A DNA stretch of 64,000 nt from Amoebophrya sp. A120. Lineage: Eukaryota > Protista > Dinoflagellata. Each line of letters starts with the position of its first letter. Position 1 is the stretch's first letter. The stretch is from positions 938,629-1,002,628 of the forward strand of contig CAJINV010000004.1 in NCBI GenBank assembly GCA_905178155.1, given 5' to 3'. Of the stretch, positions 60,501 through 64,000 are shown piece after piece. Under the pieces are notes generated by a model that was given only the letters and a program-made list of their open reading frames with translations, ran no database searches and was not told the origin of the DNA. The position numbers and the translations under genes were made by a program.

Positions 60501-63500
60501 TTCTCGAAATCTGTGATGCTAGGGCTTCCAAGACAGACATTTTGTGTCATGCAGAAGCAGCATGACAAAAATCTGCACTCTTCCAGACCCAGACATTTTT
60601 GCATTTGATACTGAAACGCGTCCTCGCCTATCTCCTCCCGCCACTTCTGAAAGGCGGACAAAACAGCCCTCACGTCGACTTTTCTTTTGGAAATCATCTG
60701 CTTCTCATTGATCTCGTCGATCTGGAGTTGCAGCAAAACGCCCGGCTTGGTCAGCCGCGGAGCCAGGAAAACGTAGTCGAGCGGGTTCTGGGCCAGGGCT
60801 TCGTAGAGGAGATCAAACTGCTTCTTTTGCCTCGGATCATGCGCTGATGTGTTCTCTAAAAAGCTTTGAGGATCATGAAGATTTGCATCTACTACTTCAC
60901 TACGAGCGGCAGAGGAATCCGAATCCTTCGGTAGTTGCTGTGCTTCAGAAGTAGTTGTCGTCGATGATGACCTTCTCCTGAGAAGAAGTTCTTTGGCGGC
61001 ACTCAGCCCAACCGTTGCACTACCCACTCCGTCTTCAACTACATCTTTCTCGGATGATTTTTTTTCGGCTCCTTTGTCCTCTTCTACCTGCGTTCTTGTA
61101 GTTGAGGTAGTTGTACTAGGGGACGACGACGAGGACAGTTTGCTTTGCCACACAGCCGCCAGGTCCGCCACGCTCGGCGCTTGCTTCAGCAAGGTTTCGA
61201 AGCTGCGGGGCACAGGTTCGTCTAGTAATTCCTCCATCCGCCGGAACAGCAACTGCTCAAACGCTTTTTTATCGCGGAAAGTTTTCTGCAAAGCGACGAA
61301 CAGAAACCACTTGTGGAACGCAACATCGGACACGGTTTCGTCTTGGATTAAGGCTTCCAACGGCTGTTTCTCCTGCAGATGAGGCCGCTGTGCCACATCA
61401 ACGCGGCTTTCTCGTAGCAGATTCTCGTATTTGTCTCTTCCGCTGAGAACTTGGATCTTGTCCAGCAATGTGTTGGAGCTCCTGGCGCCAGCAGGTGAGA
61501 AAAAAACGCCAGCATTTCTTTTGCGAGAGGACCCAAAAGAAGCTGTAAAAAACTTGATCTCCGAAGAAGATTCCACCGTTGCTATGAGCGAATCATTTTC
61601 AAACCAAATCTGCAGAGTCGTGGCGTGGTCCGACATCAAGTCACTTGTGGCAGCTCCTGCATGAAGATCTTCATGTAGTTCTTGCCCCCGCGGGGGCCCA
61701 CTGCTCTCGCCAACAACATCTTCGCTACTTCCAATGCTCCGTATCATTGTCAACCGCGGGTCGTTGAGGTTCACGTATTTTTGTTTTGGTTGGGACTTTT
61801 TGGTTCTTGTCCCGCCGTCTTCTACGAAAACTGTTGCGTCGCGCGGTGAGGAAGAGGACCTGCTGGTGGACCACCTTTGATATCTTTTTTCATCTTGGGG
61901 ATCAAAATCGAAAGTAGGCCTCATCAAACTCTCATCCTCCACGATGTTGACGTAAACGCCACCGAGGTCCAGCTCCAGGCCTTCGTGCTGCTTCTTGGCC
62001 CGCCCTTGCTCCAATGAGACGTTCTCGTCTGGGTACAAAACCTTGTCGATCAGCTCCTGCGAAAAGGTATACTTGGAAGAACTCGTCGTCGACGCCGGAT
62101 CCGCCACAGCCGCGAGCATTTGCGACGGCAACAGCTGCTGCAACTGCTTTTTCAACACGGGAGCGATCTTTTCAGGTGCTGGAGGGATGAACGGATTTTG
62201 AGTGGCTGCATTTTTCGCGGTTGTTGACTTTGACGGTGTGCTAGTAGAGTCCGCGGCATTTTCAAGTGGAGACACTTCTCCTTCTTCAACCTCGTCGTAG
62301 TTTTCTTCCACAACCGCGACGCTTCCCAACGCCGCGCTGCGACAACAGCGGATGATCGTCTTCGCTGCGATCCTGATCGGCATCTGGTAGTACTGGGCCA
62401 GCTTGTAGACGCCGCTTTTTGAAGAAATAGCACCACCTCCAGTCGTACTACTCGTCCCTTTCGTGGCCGCTGCAGAAGTTGTGGTCCCTCCAGTGGTGGC
62501 GCCAGGATTTGTTTTCCGGACTCCCTGAAGTTCGATTCGCGGCGCCATCTCGGTCTGCAGCAGGTTGGAAAACCAAATACCGAATGCAAAAATGTCTGGG
62601 TCTGGAAGACAATGCAGGTTTGTCACGCTTGTCTGGCATGACTCTCAAATCTGTGATGCATCAGCAGGAAAAGAGCCTCTTGCCTGTCATGCAAAAACGC
62701 AGCTTGTCATGCGAAAAACGAAACACACAACAGCACAAAAAACTTGTCATGCTGGGCTGCATATTGCAGTGCGCCGAGCCACCATTCGCAAACTAGCATC
62801 ACAAGTTTCCAGACCCAGACACTTTTGCAATGCATACCAAAGCTGCAGCTGCAACGAGTACAGGCGTTGGCTTTCCACAATCCTCTGAAGATGGAGCTGA
62901 TTATAATTTTCCTCTCGTTCAGTAGGCAGATGTTCATGTTCTGAAGCTGACATTTGTGCTGCCGTTAGAAATGCATCATTCAAAACGGCGTCGTCGTGTA
63001 TCCAGTCAAGAGGCGAAATGCCGACCACCTCCTGTCCGTTGTCCAGGTTGCAGCTGCTGCGCTCGGTTTTCTGCAAATCGTGTTCGGATAAAGACTGCAA
63101 CATAGTTTTCAAAAACAGTGCTTGTTGTGATTCAGATTCTAATCGATGCTCGACACCTACTTCGCTCTTCGTTCTTGTTGTACCCATGCCGTCCAGTAGT
63201 TGTTCTCCTGTCAAAGCAGTAGCTCGTGTAGTCGCGGCCCCAGCAGCACCTCCGTGCACAAAACGACCCAAGTGGTTCTTGCCACTACACCGTGCCCACA
63301 AAAAGTTTCCCGGCTTGAAGGTAAATGGCTGGACAGCGCTGAAAAAAGGACGTGGAGGTGGTTCGGAGGACTTATTGTTGCGGCCCTGTTCAAGACCTCC
63401 AGCAGGTCTATTTCGTTCTTTCTCGTCCTCTATTCTGTTTCTCTCCCCGACGCATGATCCCGACCCAGGCAGCAGCTGCAGGAGCTGCCCAATTCGTGAA

Positions 63501-64000
63501 GAAGATGTTGTTCCACGGCCGGCCAAATGCTGCATCATGCTGTGTCGGTGTTTCATCCTGCGGTCCATAGGCTGCATGATTTCCTGCAGTGGGAAGTAGC
63601 AGACGCAACACAAAGCCACGAGAAAGACCGGGAAGCTGAGTTGCACAAAGAGACTGGACTTCGTGCCGCGGAGGAACAGGTAGAGCCGGCGCTTGACGAG
63701 AGTTTTTAACAGCTTGAAGGTCCGCAAGTACCGCCGCAAGCGTGGGCTGCGAGTAAAAATCATCGTGAAAAAATTATTAGTGTTCCAGCAGGCAGAGATG
63801 AAATTAAATCGTGGCCACAACCTGCTACGGTGTCGCTGTTGGTGCTGACCATAGTCAATTATATCGGCAAGATTTCTTCCTCCAGCATCACGCTGCGAAG
63901 ATGAAGAAGTCCTCACAGTATGCTCCGTTCTTGTATGAAGATCGTCTTCAGCTTCCGCATCCGCCCGCATGGAGCCCGCCAAGTCGGCGACTGGAAGTTG
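51599..64000 (-). CDS. ABCA-subfamily ABC transporter, 5' end outside the window
   Basis: Walker A GLNGAGKTT; IGYCPQFD; signature LSGGNKRK; Walker B/D-loop LFLDEPSTGMD after introner removal; TTHSMEEAE; membrane-domain motifs LVKRRLYLFLR and LLAGVSLKKYWIGNLVFD; six introners; frame open to the window edge. Confidence 0.92.
52357..52465. mobile_element. Introner family H (in-frame, within the D-loop)
   Basis: 29-bp near-perfect TIR TATGCACAGAAAAAAACCCATCCACATCC; perfect DR AGAGG. Confidence 0.95.
54413..54555. mobile_element. Introner family A
   Basis: TATGCACTGCAAAAGTATCG...CGATAATTTTGCAATGCATA; perfect DR TCGTA. Confidence 0.93.
55888..56037. mobile_element. Introner family A
   Basis: TATGGAATGCAGAAGTATCG...CGATAATTTTGCACAGGATA; perfect DR TCACC. 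Confidence 0.93.
56086..56396. mobile_element. Introner family I
   Basis: TATGGATCTGTCAGGATTGAAATCG...CGATTTCAAACCTGACGCTTCCATA; perfect DR AACTC. Confidence 0.9.
60347..60610. mobile_element. Introner family B
   Basis: Perfect TIR TATCAAATGCAAAAATGTCTGGGTCTGGAAG; DR CGGAA/CTGAA. Confidence 0.93.
62578..62836. mobile_element. Introner family B
   Basis: TACCGAATGCAAAAATGTCTGGGTCTGGAA...TTCCAGACCCAGACACTTTTGCAATGCATA; perfect DR CCAAA; removal gives QLWFSNLL. Confidence 0.92.

Overview
Eukaryotic genomic DNA, most consistent with a syndinian dinoflagellate (Amoebophrya-like). This is inferred from gene architecture, not from a search. About 11 protein-coding loci can be reconstructed, all on the minus strand: an EF-hand/IBR-like Zn-finger protein, ankyrin-repeat paralogues, a very divergent myosin, the 3' part of a greatly expanded ABCA transporter, and several hypothetical proteins. 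The dominant signal is 33 short elements (109-384 bp, plus one enlarged to 2.7 kb by a nested insertion) that interrupt coding sequence. Each has terminal inverted repeats (TIRs) usually starting TAT and ending ATA, and is flanked by a 5-bp direct repeat (DR; 18 perfect, 12 with 1-2 mismatches, 3 heavily eroded). Removing the element plus one DR copy restores the reading frame without GT-AG ends, so these are MITE-like non-canonical introns (introners), in at least 9 TIR families. Introners of this general type are already described in Amoebophrya. Less obvious patterns seen here: a GCATNACAAA motif shared across unrelated families, interchangeable terminal modules, DR mismatches that are often synonymous, closely spaced element pairs, and a 1.96-kb hairpin- and tandem-repeat-rich TIR element carrying the same motif. 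All coordinates were counted by hand; exon structures are predictions without RNA data.
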